Positions 53,475 to 63,975 of a stretch of DNA of 64,000 nucleotides are shown here, in pieces. A program made the translations under genes and the position numbers. The notes under the pieces are model-generated. The model was not told the DNA's origin and did no database searches. It saw only the letters and a program-made list of their open reading frames with translations. Position 1 is the stretch's first letter, and every line of letters begins with the position of its first letter. The stretch lies in NCBI GenBank assembly GCA_004297775.1, contig SCUE01000028.1, forward strand, positions 64,704 through 128,703, given 5' to 3'. Source of the stretch: Chloroflexota bacterium. Lineage in GTDB: Bacteria; Chloroflexota; UBA6077; FW602-bin22.

Positions 53475-53884
53475 CGACACGGCGCGAGTGTATCCGCCGC
53501 GTCGCGGTCCGTGGCGCGGCGCCGCGGACCGCGAACGAGGATGACGGAAGGCGCCATCACCACACCGAAGCATCGCTGTAATGAATATGAAACCGCGACC
53601 GATGTGCGACCGACGTACTTTCCAGCTATGCAGAACGCGATCGCATTCAACGGCACGGAGACGGCGCTCGTCACATTTCTGACCCGGTTGGTCGCGGAGT
53701 TCGAGTCGCCGGATGTCGTGGTTCCGGACACCGACCCGCTCGTCGAGTCGCTGGCCTGCCCGCGGCGACGCCCGATTCGCCGTCGCACGACCACGGCTTG
53801 ACTTTCGCCCTCTCAACAATACCGTAGACTGATTCAGCGCGACGCGGTGTGATCGCCGCGCGCGGTGGACGAGGAGACGGCGCG

Positions 53885-54979
53885 ATGGCTGGTCCGGTCG
53901 GAATTGGCATCATCGGTACGGGCACGATCGCGCAGGCGCACTTGCAGGGTCTGGCCACGTCGACGGCCGGTCGAGCGGTCGCGGTCTTCGACGTCTTGAG
54001 CGAACGCGCTCATCAAACCGCGCGTGAATTCGACATTCCGTACGTGGCCTCGTCGATCGAGGATCTCCTGGCTCGATCCGACGTCGACGCCGTCATCGTT
54101 GCGACGCCACCGTTTGCCCACGGCGAGGCAACGATCAAAGCGCTGCAGGCCGGCAAACACGTCCTCTGCGAAAAGCCGTTCGCACTGGATCCGAATGAGG
54201 CGGACCGCATGGTCCGCGCGGCTGAACGCGCCGGCAAATTCCTCGCCTGCGCGTCGGGTCGCTTGCGCTACACCCAGCCGCAGTTGCGCGCGCGCCGGAT
54301 GATGGAGTCGGGCGAACTCGGGGACGTCTACCACGTTCGCTCGACCGGCATGCGGTTTCGCGGCCGGCCGGGCCACCATATGCTACCGCGGTCGGCCTGG
54401 TTCCTCGATTCGCGCCGCGCCGGCGGTGGCATCATCATGGATGGCTCGGTCTACACGATCGACTCGGTCCTCTGGCTGATGGGCAACCCGAAGGTTCTCT
54501 CGGTGATGGCCTCAATGCGCCAATTCGTCGAGGAGCCGCCAACCGGGGGCGTGACGCAGGACGTCGAGGACCACGCCGTGATCATGCTCCAGTGCGAAGG
54601 CGGCAAGTCCGCGATCGTCGAGTCGGCCTGGGTCTCGAACATGGACGAGGTCGACGGCCTCTGGGTATTCGGCACCAAGGCGGGCCTGCGCTTCAATCCA
54701 CTGCGGAAGATCACGCCCCAGCGGGTCGACCCCGTCGAGATGCAGGGCGCGATGGGTGTCATGGGGACCGACATCTTCCGTCCGGTGTCGGAGAAGGTGT
54801 ATCCGTTCGAGCGACCCGCGTCATTCGCACCGATGGGCGACATTGCCGATCGATTCGCTCAGGCGATCCGCGACGGGAAACAGCCGATGACGCCTGGCCG
54901 CGATGCGCTCGAAGTAACGCGGGTGATCGACGCGGCGTACCGCTCGGCGCGCGAGCAGAAGGTCGTCGCGCTGGCGTAA
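53885..54979 (+). CDS. Gfo/Idh/MocA-family oxidoreductase
   Basis: VGIGIIGTGTIAQAH and GKHVLCEKPFA. Confidence 0.85.
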   Translation: MAGPVGIGIIGTGTIAQAHLQGLATSTAGRAVAVFDVLSERAHQTAREFDIPYVASSIEDLLARSDVDAVIVATPPFAHGEATIKALQAGKHVLCEKPFALDPNEADRMVRAAERAGKFLACASGRLRYTQPQLRARRMMESGELGDVYHVRSTGMRFRGRPGHHMLPRSAWFLDSRRAGGGIIMDGSVYTIDSVLWLMGNPKVLSVMASMRQFVEEPPTGGVTQDVEDHAVIMLQCEGGKSAIVESAWVSNMDEVDGLWVFGTKAGLRFNPLRKITPQRVDPVEMQGAMGVMGTDIFRPVSEKVYPFERPASFAPMGDIADRFAQAIRDGKQPMTPGRDALEVTRVIDAAYRSAREQKVVALA

Positions 54980-55013
54980 TCACAATTGCATGGCATTGAT
55001 GGAGAGTTCGGAG

Positions 55014-55772
55014 ATGGCGAAGCCGGGCGTTGCGCTTCAGCTTTACACGGTCCGCGAGGACTGCGCGCGTGATTACGTCGGGACGCTGACGGCGGTCGCC
55101 GAGATGGGATATCCCGCCGTTCAGGCGGCGATGGGATACGGCGGTCTGAGTGCGTCGGCCTTGAATGCGCTGCTCGGTGACCTCGGGTTGTCGATGGCCG
55201 GCAGCCACGTCGTCCTCGAACGTCTCGAGGCCAATCTCCAGGACGAGATCGACTTCAACCTCGGGATCGGCAATCGCGACATCATCTGCCCCTGGTTGAA
55301 GCCGGAGTCGCGCACCGAGGCCACCTATCGCGGCCTACCCGACATCCTCAATCGTATCGGCCAGAAATGCCACGAGCACGGCCTGCGGTTCTCGTACCAC
55401 AACCACGATTTCGAGTTCGAGCGCCTCGATAGCCAGTACGCGATGGATTACCTGCTCGCGCGCACCGATCCAAAGTTCGTCGCGCTCGAGCCCGATGTCT
55501 ACTGGCTCCGCGTCGCTGGCGTCGATCCGGCCGCGTACATTCGGCAGTATTCGGGGCGCTGCCCGATCATCCACTTGAAGGACATGACCCGCGGCGCGAA
55601 TCCGACCTACGCCGAGGTTGGCGAGGGCGTGATCGACTTCGGTCCGATCTTCGCCGCTGCCGAAGCCGGTGGCGCCGAGTGGTACGTCGTCGAGCAGGAC
55701 ACCTGCCAGCGACCGGCGATGGAGAGCGTCAAGATCAGCGTCGAAAATCTGCGTGGGATGGGCAAGCTCTGA
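55014..55772 (+). CDS. sugar phosphate isomerase/epimerase (xylose-isomerase-like TIM barrel)
   Basis: VALQLYTVRED...GYPAVQ...FSYHNHDFEF...IHLKD...WYVVEQD. An alternative upstream start lies at 54990. Confidence 0.8.
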   Translation: MAKPGVALQLYTVREDCARDYVGTLTAVAEMGYPAVQAAMGYGGLSASALNALLGDLGLSMAGSHVVLERLEANLQDEIDFNLGIGNRDIICPWLKPESRTEATYRGLPDILNRIGQKCHEHGLRFSYHNHDFEFERLDSQYAMDYLLARTDPKFVALEPDVYWLRVAGVDPAAYIRQYSGRCPIIHLKDMTRGANPTYAEVGEGVIDFGPIFAAAEAGGAEWYVVEQDTCQRPAMESVKISVENLRGMGKL

Positions 55773-55844
55773 TCCGGCGCCAGGCCGTTCTTGGAGCGAA
55801 GCGGCCCGGCGCCGAGATCGCGATCGGGACCGCCTGGATCATTC

Positions 55845-56942
55845 TCAGACGGCGGCCGTGACGTTTCCTGTCTGCGTCTCGACGTAGGTTCGCACGAAGT
55901 CGATCAGGAGCTCCGTATCCTTGCGTCCCTCGACCACAGGCGTTCGCGGTTGGTGCCCCTCAACGATGCAGTCGTGGAAGTGGATCAGCTCCTCCTTGAA
56001 CGCCTCTTCGTAGGACGCCAGGATGTTCCGTTCGTCGTACGCACCGTCGCGATTCTCGGAGACCCGCACCATCGTCGGCGTGCTCTTCAGGAACGGACTC
56101 GGGAAAGTGATCTCGACAATGCGGTCGTCGGCGTACGCGGTCAACTTCTCGTCGAAGCGCCGGATCCCCACGACGCCCGTGTAGAAAAGACATCGCGCAT
56201 CGCCCGGATAGCGGATCGTCGCTGTGATGTAGCGGCCGTCGTTCCAGATCTCGACTGAAAGTACCTTTTCCGGGCTACCGAAAGCGCCGCGCAGGATCGC
56301 GATATCGTGAGTTGCGAGGCCCAGCAGCAGCCTGTAGGCACGCTTGATGTGGTCGGGCATATCCCCAATCGCGCGCTGGATCGCCACATCGAGCTTACGC
56401 TGACCGGCAGCGACTGCATCGGCAGGTGCGTCGTCGAAGCGGCGGACACGCTGGTGGGCCAGGAACTGCGCGTTCGGTCCAATCACATCATGCAGCTCGA
56501 TCAGCTTGACCCGATCCCGTACCGGCTCGATCTCACGCAGGCCCGCCAGATAGCCCGGGTCGTAGCGCTTCATATAGCCGACCATGCCAACGACGCCGCT
56601 GGAGCGAACCGCGTCGATCAGTTCGTCAGCCTCGTCGAGGTTGACGACCATCGGCTTCTCGACCAGGACATTCTTTCCGGCCCGAGCCGCCGCGATTGCG
56701 GGCTCCGCGTGATGCTGGGTGAGCACGAGTACGGTATCGAGATCTGCCTTTTCGAGCATCTCTCGATAGTCGGTGAAGGTCCTGCAGACGCCGTAGTCGC
56801 TCGCAACGGTTCTCACCAGCGTCGGAGAGATGTCACACAGTGCGGCGATTTCGAAGCGCTCCTCCAATTCCTTGAGATACGGCAGGTGCATGATCTGGGC
56901 AATACCGCCGCACCCGATGAGTCCAACTCTCACCCGACGCAT
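55845..56942 (-). CDS. Gfo/Idh/MocA-family oxidoreductase
   Basis: VRVGLIGCGGIAQIMHLPYL and GKNVLVEKPM. Confidence 0.85.
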   Translation of the reverse strand: MRRVRVGLIGCGGIAQIMHLPYLKELEERFEIAALCDISPTLVRTVASDYGVCRTFTDYREMLEKADLDTVLVLTQHHAEPAIAAARAGKNVLVEKPMVVNLDEADELIDAVRSSGVVGMVGYMKRYDPGYLAGLREIEPVRDRVKLIELHDVIGPNAQFLAHQRVRRFDDAPADAVAAGQRKLDVAIQRAIGDMPDHIKRAYRLLLGLATHDIAILRGAFGSPEKVLSVEIWNDGRYITATIRYPGDARCLFYTGVVGIRRFDEKLTAYADDRIVEITFPSPFLKSTPTMVRVSENRDGAYDERNILASYEEAFKEELIHFHDCIVEGHQPRTPVVEGRKDTELLIDFVRTYVETQTGNVTAAV

Positions 56943-57958
56943 TACGCGCCCTCCCAGTCGAGAATGACGCCGCGGAACTGGGTTCGATCGGCCAAGAGTT
57001 GTTCAAAGACCGCGGGGCCCTCGCGCCAAGAGAACCGGTGGGTAATCAAGTCGGCCACGCCAATTGATCGTGCCTCGAGCAGGTCGAGGAAAAGCGCCGC
57101 ATTGCGCTCATTTGTCCACGGATTGCCAGGACTCTCGTGCTGCGGCGTGTTGCTAGCATGCGCGCCGATCACGCGCAGGCCGTAGGTGTGCACGTCGTCG
57201 TGGAAGTCGATCGTCGAGGGGCCACGCGCGGATCCGAGCAGAATCAGCCTGCCGCCGCGACGGATCAACGGCGGCAGTGTGGGGGTCACGGTTGGATTTC
57301 CGGTCACCTCGAACGCGACGTCGGCTTTACGGCCGCGGGTGATGTCGCGGATCCGCTCGGGCAGATTCTCCCTGCCCGGGTTGACCGTGTGGGTGGCGCC
57401 GAAACGGACTGCATTCTCGAGACGGCGGTCGGAGAGGTCGACTGCAATTAGCGGGAACGCGCCGGACAGGCGCGCGAACTGCATGGCCATCTCGCCAACG
57501 ATGCCCATGCCGACGATAACGACCGCCTCACCAAGCGCGATCTCGGCCATGCGGACGCCGTTCATCGCGATATTCGAGATACTGGCGAAAGCCGCCTCCT
57601 CGATGGGGACAGCTTCCGGCAGCGGAACCAGTCGGCCAATCGGCTGAACGGCCAGACTCGTATGGGATGCGCGGTTGAAGACCTGTTGACCAACCGCAAA
57701 CCCCTCGACGCCCGGGCCGACGACAAGCACCTCGCCGACCGAGCTGTAGCCCGGTCGAAACGGATACTTCACGTAGCGGCCCCACGACGACGGACGATCG
57801 CGTGGAAAATCGCCCGAGTAGGCAGTGAGATCGGTCCCCGTGCTGATCAACGTTACGAGAGAGCGGATCAGCACCTCGCCGGGCCCCGGATCGGGCACGT
57901 CGTGCTCTTCGAGGACCGCGCGACGTGGCTCCAGGAAGACAAGGACACGCGCATTCAC
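56942..57958 (-). CDS. zinc-type medium-chain alcohol/sugar dehydrogenase
   Basis: GYSSVGEV and nucleotide loop VVIVGMGIVGEMA; 338 aa. Confidence 0.85.
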   Translation of the reverse strand: MNARVLVFLEPRRAVLEEHDVPDPGPGEVLIRSLVTLISTGTDLTAYSGDFPRDRPSSWGRYVKYPFRPGYSSVGEVLVVGPGVEGFAVGQQVFNRASHTSLAVQPIGRLVPLPEAVPIEEAAFASISNIAMNGVRMAEIALGEAVVIVGMGIVGEMAMQFARLSGAFPLIAVDLSDRRLENAVRFGATHTVNPGRENLPERIRDITRGRKADVAFEVTGNPTVTPTLPPLIRRGGRLILLGSARGPSTIDFHDDVHTYGLRVIGAHASNTPQHESPGNPWTNERNAALFLDLLEARSIGVADLITHRFSWREGPAVFEQLLADRTQFRGVILDWEGA

Positions 57959-57964
57959 GACGCT

Positions 57965-58855
57965 CTACCCCTTGATGCCCGACAGCACGATGCCGCGGAC
58001 GAACTGGCGCTGAAAAACGAAGAAGATCACCACGATTGGAAACGTGGCCGCGAAGGAGGCCGCCATAAGTAGATGCTCGCGGGCGGGACCGCCGGCGGTG
58101 GCGACCTGTTGATAGAAGCGCAGACCCAGCGAGACGGTGAACTGCTCGGTGGTGCTGAGGTAAATCAGTGGGTGGAAGAAGTCGTTCCACCGTCCGAGGA
58201 ACGAGAAGATGGCGAGCGTCGCCAAGGCAGGTTTCGACAGTGGTGCGACGATGCTCCAGAGGATTCGCAACGTCCCGGCGCCATCGATCTCGGCCGCTTC
58301 ATCCATGTCCTTCGGCAATGTCAGGAAGAACTGGCGCAGCAGGAAGATCGAGAAGGCGCCGCCACCGAAATACGATGGGAGGATCAACGGGTACCACGTG
58401 TCGAGCCAGCCGACCACCTTAAACATGAGGAAGGTCGGGATGATGGTGACCTCCTCGGGCAGGATCAGCGTGCTGATCACGAGCATAAAGAGGGCGTCGC
58501 GGCCAGGGAATCGGAAACGGGCGAAGCCATAGGCAACGAACGTCGCGGATACGGTCTGGCCGAGCATCGCGGAGAGCGTGATCAGGATGGTGTTGCGGAA
58601 GAAAAGCGTGAACGGCGCCTGCGTCCAGGCGTCGTAGTAGTTCTGGAAGCGCCACTGCTCCGGAAAGAAGCGCGGCGGGAAGATGAAAATCTCGTGCGGC
58701 GCCTTGAACGACGTCATGAATGCGAAGAGGAATGGCCCCATGAAAAGGACCGTCAGCACGAAAAGTACGACGTAGACGACAAGATTGGTCCAGCGGCGCG
58801 AGGCCGCGCTGCGCACCCAAACCGAACCTCTATCCGCCGCGGCGACTCGACTCAT
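57965..58855 (-). CDS. carbohydrate ABC transporter permease
   Basis: 296 aa from MSRVAAAD. EAA loop DMDEAAEIDGAGTLRILWSIVAPL. ATG overlaps the upstream TGA (ATGA). The rest of track ORF (to 59479) is a shadow. Confidence 0.9.
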   Translation of the reverse strand: MSRVAAADRGSVWVRSAASRRWTNLVVYVVLFVLTVLFMGPFLFAFMTSFKAPHEIFIFPPRFFPEQWRFQNYYDAWTQAPFTLFFRNTILITLSAMLGQTVSATFVAYGFARFRFPGRDALFMLVISTLILPEEVTIIPTFLMFKVVGWLDTWYPLILPSYFGGGAFSIFLLRQFFLTLPKDMDEAAEIDGAGTLRILWSIVAPLSKPALATLAIFSFLGRWNDFFHPLIYLSTTEQFTVSLGLRFYQQVATAGGPAREHLLMAASFAATFPIVVIFFVFQRQFVRGIVLSGIKG

Positions 58856-59778
58856 TCGTCTTGCCCCGCGTAATAGACCCAACGTCGTGACAGATCGAAC
58901 TGGATCAAGGTCAACACCAGGACGATGATCGTGAAGACCCAGGCCAGCGCCGATGCGTAGCCCATCTCGAGAAAACGGAACGCATTGTTGAACAGGTGCA
59001 GCAGGTAGAAGAGCGTTGAGTTGGCTGGCCCGCCATCCGTCGCAACGAAGGCGATCGTGAAGACGCGAAGGCCGCCGATCAGACCAAGCACGAGGTTGAG
59101 GAAGATGGTCGGTGTGAGCATCGGGATGGTGATGTGCTGAAAGCGATGCCAGACGTTTGCACCGTCGATCGCGGCGCTCTCGTGCAACTCGTGGGGTACG
59201 GACTGGAGGCCGGCCAGGAAAATGATCATCGCCCCGCCACCCACCGCACTCCACAGGTGGATCAGGATCATCGCCGGCTTTGACCAGTCGGGGTTGCCGA
59301 ACCACTTCGGCCCCTGGATGCCGACCAGAGACAGTGTGTAGTTCAGCAGCCCAAAGTCGGGGTTGAGAATCCAGATCCAGAGCAACGTCGTGGCGACGAC
59401 CGGCGTGATCGACGGCAAGAAGAACATCGTCCGGAACAGCGCCCTCGCCTTGATAGATTGGTTGAGCAGAATCGCGCATCCCAGCGAACCGAACAGCGAG
59501 AGCGGCACCGCGATCCCGGCGTAGTAGAGGGTGTTGCCGAGCGACTTCCAGAACAGCGGGTCACCGCTCGCAATCCGACTGTAGTTATCGAGACCGACGA
59601 ACCGCGGCGGCGTAAGGATTTGGTATTGGGTCAAGCTAAAGTAAGCCGAAGCGAGGGCCGGCCCGAGTACGAAGATCAAGAACCCGAGAAGGAACGGAGA
59701 GATGTAGACGTAGCCCGCCAGGGCTTTGCGTTGGCTCAGGCTCAACCCTCGCCGGACGGTCGGGATCGCGGCGGCCAC
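58852..59778 (-). CDS. carbohydrate ABC transporter permease
   Basis: ELHESAAIDGANVWHRFQHITIPML EAA motif; six hydrophobic segments. Confidence 0.9.
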   Translation of the reverse strand: MAAAIPTVRRGLSLSQRKALAGYVYISPFLLGFLIFVLGPALASAYFSLTQYQILTPPRFVGLDNYSRIASGDPLFWKSLGNTLYYAGIAVPLSLFGSLGCAILLNQSIKARALFRTMFFLPSITPVVATTLLWIWILNPDFGLLNYTLSLVGIQGPKWFGNPDWSKPAMILIHLWSAVGGGAMIIFLAGLQSVPHELHESAAIDGANVWHRFQHITIPMLTPTIFLNLVLGLIGGLRVFTIAFVATDGGPANSTLFYLLHLFNNAFRFLEMGYASALAWVFTIIVLVLTLIQFDLSRRWVYYAGQDE

Positions 59779-59780
59779 GA

Positions 59781-61166
59781 CTAGTCGGCCGGCTTGTCCA
59801 AGATTGCCTGCAGTTGCGGCTGCAGCGCCTTGATCACCTTGGAAGCGTCGCCCTCCTTGCCGAACGTCACTTCGTCGAGCCCCTTCCTGAACGCGTCCGA
59901 GTACTCGGTGTCGCGATTATTCGCTGGCACGAGAAGGCCCGGGGTCGTCGCCAACGCCTTCGTGAAGATGACGTGATGTTCCTTCTCGGAGAGCTCCGCA
60001 GACTCCCATACGTCCGGCCGACCGCCCGGCACCGACCCGCGCTTGGCGATGTCGATCCCGGCCTCCTTCGACGCCATGTGGACGCAGTATAAGAAGGCCG
60101 CGTCGGGGTCCTTGGCGCCCTTCGTGACGCTGTTGCAGTCGATCTCAAACATGCCACGCTTGCCGTTCGGCTGAATCGGCATCGGCGCCACGCTCCACGG
60201 GATGTCCTTGGCGAACTGGTAAAGGCCTGAAGCCCCCCAGTAGCCAGACTGGAACATTGCCAGCTTCTTCGAAGCGAACATCTGCGGGCTACCGCCCTCG
60301 ATCTGGTCCGGCGTCGGCGACACCTTATGCTTGTTGACGAGATCGGCGACTCCCTCCTGGACCGCCTTGATCGCCTCGGGCGTGTCCAGCGTCGACTTCT
60401 TGCCGTCCGGCGTGAGGTAGTCGGCACCGTAGGCGCGTATCGGGATGATGATCGACCACATGTCGGGGCTCAACTGGTAGCCAAACTGATCCGTGCGGGT
60501 GCCACTGCGCTTGGTCAGCTTCTGCGCCGCGTCGGTTAGGTCTTGCCAGGTCCATTTGTCGGTCGGGTATTTGACCCCCGCCTCATCGAAAAGCGGCTTG
60601 TTGTAATAGAGGCCGATGCGGCTCGGGTGCACGATCCAGGGGATGCCCCAGAGCTTCCCTTCGCGCGTAAGGCCTTCGACGGCAGCCGGGTAGAAGACCT
60701 TGAGATCGGTATTGTTGGACTTGACGAGCGGACCGTGATCCATCAGCAGATTCTTGTGGGCGAATTGCCCGAAGAGCCCGATCGATGGCATCCAGATTGC
60801 ATCGGCCAGTGTGCCGCCGGCAGCCTGGACCTGGATCTTCTGCCCCCACTCAGCGCTCGGCACGTGCTGCGGCACGTACTTGATGTGCGGGTACTTCTCC
60901 ATGAACGTCTTGGCGAACGCATCGAAGTGGTCCGCCTGGACGCCGATGCGCGCGGTGTAGGTGAATTGGGTCTCCTTGCTGGCGGGCTTCGGCGCGGCCG
61001 CGGGTGGGGCCGTCGCAGGCTTCGGCGCCTCGGCCGGCTTGGCCGGCGCTGGCGTCGGCGGTGGCGCGGCGCCGCCGCAGGCGGCCAGGAAGGCGGCCGC
61101 GACGCTCAGGCCAAGCCCGGTCACGAAAGAACGACGGGAAATGGAACGACTCGCAAGCTGGCTCAT
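59781..61166 (-). CDS. extracellular solute-binding protein of a sugar ABC importer (Tat/lipoprotein signal)
   Basis: SISRRSFVTGLGLSVAAAFLAACGG signal/lipobox followed by a Pro/Ala linker and an SBP family-1-like body. Confidence 0.9.
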   Translation of the reverse strand: MSQLASRSISRRSFVTGLGLSVAAAFLAACGGAAPPPTPAPAKPAEAPKPATAPPAAAPKPASKETQFTYTARIGVQADHFDAFAKTFMEKYPHIKYVPQHVPSAEWGQKIQVQAAGGTLADAIWMPSIGLFGQFAHKNLLMDHGPLVKSNNTDLKVFYPAAVEGLTREGKLWGIPWIVHPSRIGLYYNKPLFDEAGVKYPTDKWTWQDLTDAAQKLTKRSGTRTDQFGYQLSPDMWSIIIPIRAYGADYLTPDGKKSTLDTPEAIKAVQEGVADLVNKHKVSPTPDQIEGGSPQMFASKKLAMFQSGYWGASGLYQFAKDIPWSVAPMPIQPNGKRGMFEIDCNSVTKGAKDPDAAFLYCVHMASKEAGIDIAKRGSVPGGRPDVWESAELSEKEHHVIFTKALATTPGLLVPANNRDTEYSDAFRKGLDEVTFGKEGDASKVIKALQPQLQAILDKPAD

Positions 61167-61510
61167 CTCTAGTCTTCTCCTACGGAGTCCTGCTAGTCAG
61201 GCCGTCTGCTCCGCCACACCAGATAACGGCTGGGCGACGGCCGATCGCAGCAAAGTAACGATGGGCGCGAGGTCCGTGTGTGACTTCTCGGGTGATTTCG
61301 GCCCGGTGAGATGTCAATCCACCGGAAAGCGGCTCGGCCACGTCTTCTATGCGCCCAACATCGCGCACGAACAACCTGATGGTCTCGACCATCGCTCGAT
61401 AGTACCACCTGATCCGGTGATTGATAAACAGGCGTAACGTCGGGCAACAGTTCAGAGATCGGGGACCGGGATTTGGTCGAGTGTCAACGGAGTAGGTCGG
61501 CACCCTGGGG

Positions 61511-61594
61511 CGGAGGGAGTGGGATTCGAACCCACGGGGCTCATCACCCGGCCGTTTTCAAGACGGCTGCTTTCGACCGCTCAGCCATCCCTCC
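61511..61594 (-). tRNA. tRNA-Ser (anticodon TGA), long variable arm, CCA not encoded
   Basis: Reverse complement GGAGGGATGGCTGAGCGGTCGAAAGCAGCCGTCTTGAAAACGGCCGGGTGATGAGCCCCGTGGGTTCGAATCCCACTCCCTCCG. Anticodon loop CTTGAAA. Confidence 0.9.
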
Positions 61595-61676
61595 ACTTTC
61601 CATCGTAGCAGTCGAGGTCCACTCTCGCGCAATGCTTCGGGCCCGGCTCGCGACGGCTGTTTCGCGCAAGGCTCCG

Positions 61677-62606
61677 CTATCCCCTCGCCACCGGCGTCGT
61701 ATCGCGCGGCGCGCGATTGCTCTCGCACGCAACGCCATCGTCGTCGGGATCCAGCCGGCTCGGGTCGGTCGGGTAGCGGCGAAGGAAAAGCTGCGCCGAC
61801 GCTTGTGACGGGAAGTCGCCGCAGTTGAACAGGTCGTCAGTCGCTTCGCTCCGCGGTCGTGCCGTGCCGGATGGCGTCACGATTCGACCCGTCGGCGTGC
61901 GCGTTGGAACCACCGTACCGGCTCGTCCTGCGCGGGTCGCCGCGGCTGACATTGAGGGCGACAGTGTCCTCTGAGCGGTCGATGGACCGGTTGACGTCGG
62001 TCTTGCCAGAGACGCCTGCATCGTCAAAGTGATCGCCGACAGAGGCACGGATGTCTTCGTCGCCGTTGGTCCGGTCGGAGTTATGGCCACGCCGATCGCA
62101 GTTCCCGGAACCGAATCCCCGGTCGCGGCGTCTGGCCTGGCTGGCGGCGGACTGAGAACAGTCGCTCCCGTCACCGCCGTCACTGTCCGCGCCACACCGT
62201 CAACCCCGCGCTCAGGTCCGACGATCGACTGAGAACCGGCATCGGGACCGGCGATCGATCCTCCGCCGATGCCCAGGACCACAACCGCCTCACGCCCGGG
62301 TCCATTGCCGGCCGCCGAATCCGACCCGCGCGCTCCGTCGAACGCGCCAAGCGGCGTCCCGGCCGGCGCCACGCGACCAGGCGCCGGAATGCGTTGGACG
62401 GCTGGCACGGTCGGCGTCGGTGGGATCAGGTCGCCACACGCAAGGCACGCGATCCCGACAACGGCGGCGCCAATGCACTGGACAACGTCAGCAACGCGCC
62501 GCCGAATAGCGCCGTGGGCGATCCCCGCTCGGCCATTCACGGCTACCACGCACCCACCACGGACGCGTTCAGGAGTCCGGCTCGGCGCGCGGCGCGCAGG
62601 CGACAC
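61677..62606 (-). CDS. secreted/membrane-anchored Pro/Thr/Ala-rich protein with C-terminal Excalibur calcium-binding domain
   Basis: C-terminus NCGDFPSQASAQLFLRRYPTDPSRLDPDDDGVACE is the Excalibur signature. N-terminal hydrophobic anchor AAVVGIACLACG. Start uncertain. Confidence 0.6.
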   Translation of the reverse strand: MSPARRAPSRTPERVRGGCVVAVNGRAGIAHGAIRRRVADVVQCIGAAVVGIACLACGDLIPPTPTVPAVQRIPAPGRVAPAGTPLGAFDGARGSDSAAGNGPGREAVVVLGIGGGSIAGPDAGSQSIVGPERGVDGVARTVTAVTGATVLSPPPARPDAATGDSVPGTAIGVAITPTGPTATKTSVPLSAITLTMQASLARPTSTGPSTAQRTLSPSMSAAATRAGRAGTVVPTRTPTGRIVTPSGTARPRSEATDDLFNCGDFPSQASAQLFLRRYPTDPSRLDPDDDGVACESNRAPRDTTPVARG

Positions 62607-62697
62607 TGGTGTACGGTATCACCCGGCCGCCGCCAATCTCGACCCGTGCGCAATCAACCGCGGGGCGGCGTCCACGACCGAGACGCTGCCCGTTCGA

Positions 62698-63975
62698 TCA
62701 CGCTGGCGCGGTGACTTCGTCCATGCCGACGTACGGCCGAAGAACCTCCGGGACTTCGATCGACCCGTCGGACCGCTGATAGTTCTCGATGATCGCGATC
62801 ATCGTGCGCGGAATCCCGAGGCCAGACCCGTTCAGCTCGTATGGGAACTCCGTTCGCGCGCCCGGCTCGCGCCGATACCGCAGCGCGGCCCTTCGCGACT
62901 GGAAATCCTTCACGGTCGAGCAACTCGACACTTCGAGCCACTCGTTCACACCCGGTGACCAGACCTCGAGATCGAACGTCTTGGCCGAATGGAATCCGGT
63001 GTCGGCGGCGCAGAGCAGCTTGACTCGGTACGGCAGATCGAGCTTGCGCAGGCAGTCCCCCGCGTGCGCCACCATTTCGGCCAGCGCGGCCTCGTCGGCG
63101 CCCGGTTCGATGATCTTGAACATCTCGATCTTGTCGAACTGGAAGCCCCTCTTGATGCCGCGCGTATCTCGTCCCGAGGCCGCCTGTTCGCGACGAAAGC
63201 AGGCCGTGTACGACACCATGCTGATCGGCAGGCGCCCTGGCTCGATGATTTCGTCGGCATAGACGTTCGCCAGCGCCACCTCCGCGGTCGGAATGAGCCA
63301 CAGGTCCGACTCGTCATCGTGGTAGAGGTTCCCGGCGAACCTCGGTAGTTGACCCGAGCCGACCAAGACCTCGCGCTTCACGAGGTAGGGGACGTTTATC
63401 TCGACGTACCCGTGCTCGCGGACGTGCAGATCGATCAACCAGTTGATGAGGCCGCGCTGCAACCGCGCGAACGCGCCGCGCAACAGGTAGAAGCGGCTAC
63501 CCGAAAGCTTGACGCCGCGGTCGAAGTCGATCCCATCCAGCGCCGGTCCAAGATCCCAGTGGGCGCGCGCCGGAAACGGCAAATCACGCGGCTCGCCCCA
63601 GGAATCGACGACGATGTTGTCGTCCTCCGACTCGCCGTCCGGAACCGAGGAATCCAGCAGATTCGGTACTTCGAGCAACCGAGACCGAATCCGCCCATCG
63701 ACATCCGCAATTGACGCCTCGTCGACCGTGATCCGATCGCCGACCGCGCGCATCTCGTCGCGGACGCGCTGGATCGCGGCAGGATCGCCCTTCAGCCGCC
63801 CGATCTCGCGCGAGACGTCATTTCGGCGCGCGCGAAGCGTCTCTACCTCGGCCAGCAACTGTCGGCGGGTGACATCGAGTTCGATGATCTCGGCGATCGG
63901 CACGTCTTCGTGGCGCCGGCGCATGGCGTCGCGCACAAGGTCCGCGTTCTCGCGAATGAACTGAATACTCAGCAT
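62698..63975 (-). CDS. serS: seryl-tRNA synthetase
   Basis: 425 aa. N-terminal coiled-coil arm (MLSIQFIRENADLVRDA...) and class II core (FRREQAASGRDTRGIKRGFQFDKIEMF; GSGLGIPRTMIAIIENYQ). Confidence 0.95.
   Translation of the reverse strand: MLSIQFIRENADLVRDAMRRRHEDVPIAEIIELDVTRRQLLAEVETLRARRNDVSREIGRLKGDPAAIQRVRDEMRAVGDRITVDEASIADVDGRIRSRLLEVPNLLDSSVPDGESEDDNIVVDSWGEPRDLPFPARAHWDLGPALDGIDFDRGVKLSGSRFYLLRGAFARLQRGLINWLIDLHVREHGYVEINVPYLVKREVLVGSGQLPRFAGNLYHDDESDLWLIPTAEVALANVYADEIIEPGRLPISMVSYTACFRREQAASGRDTRGIKRGFQFDKIEMFKIIEPGADEAALAEMVAHAGDCLRKLDLPYRVKLLCAADTGFHSAKTFDLEVWSPGVNEWLEVSSCSTVKDFQSRRAALRYRREPGARTEFPYELNGSGLGIPRTMIAIIENYQRSDGSIEVPEVLRPYVGMDEVTAPA

Noticed and set aside
53885-61166. 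The cluster of Gfo/Idh/MocA oxidoreductases, a TIM-barrel isomerase, an MDR dehydrogenase and an ABC importer as a novel pathway.
   Set aside because: This is a very common sugar/inositol-type utilisation arrangement in soil bacteria. The sequence shows nothing that distinguishes it, and the substrate cannot be inferred.
49153-63975. Two tRNA-Ser genes and serS in the same 15 kb as a possible co-regulated or T-box-controlled unit.
   Set aside because: The genes are separated by unrelated operons. I could not find a T-box specifier or antiterminator structure upstream of serS within the window (its 5' leader lies beyond 63975).
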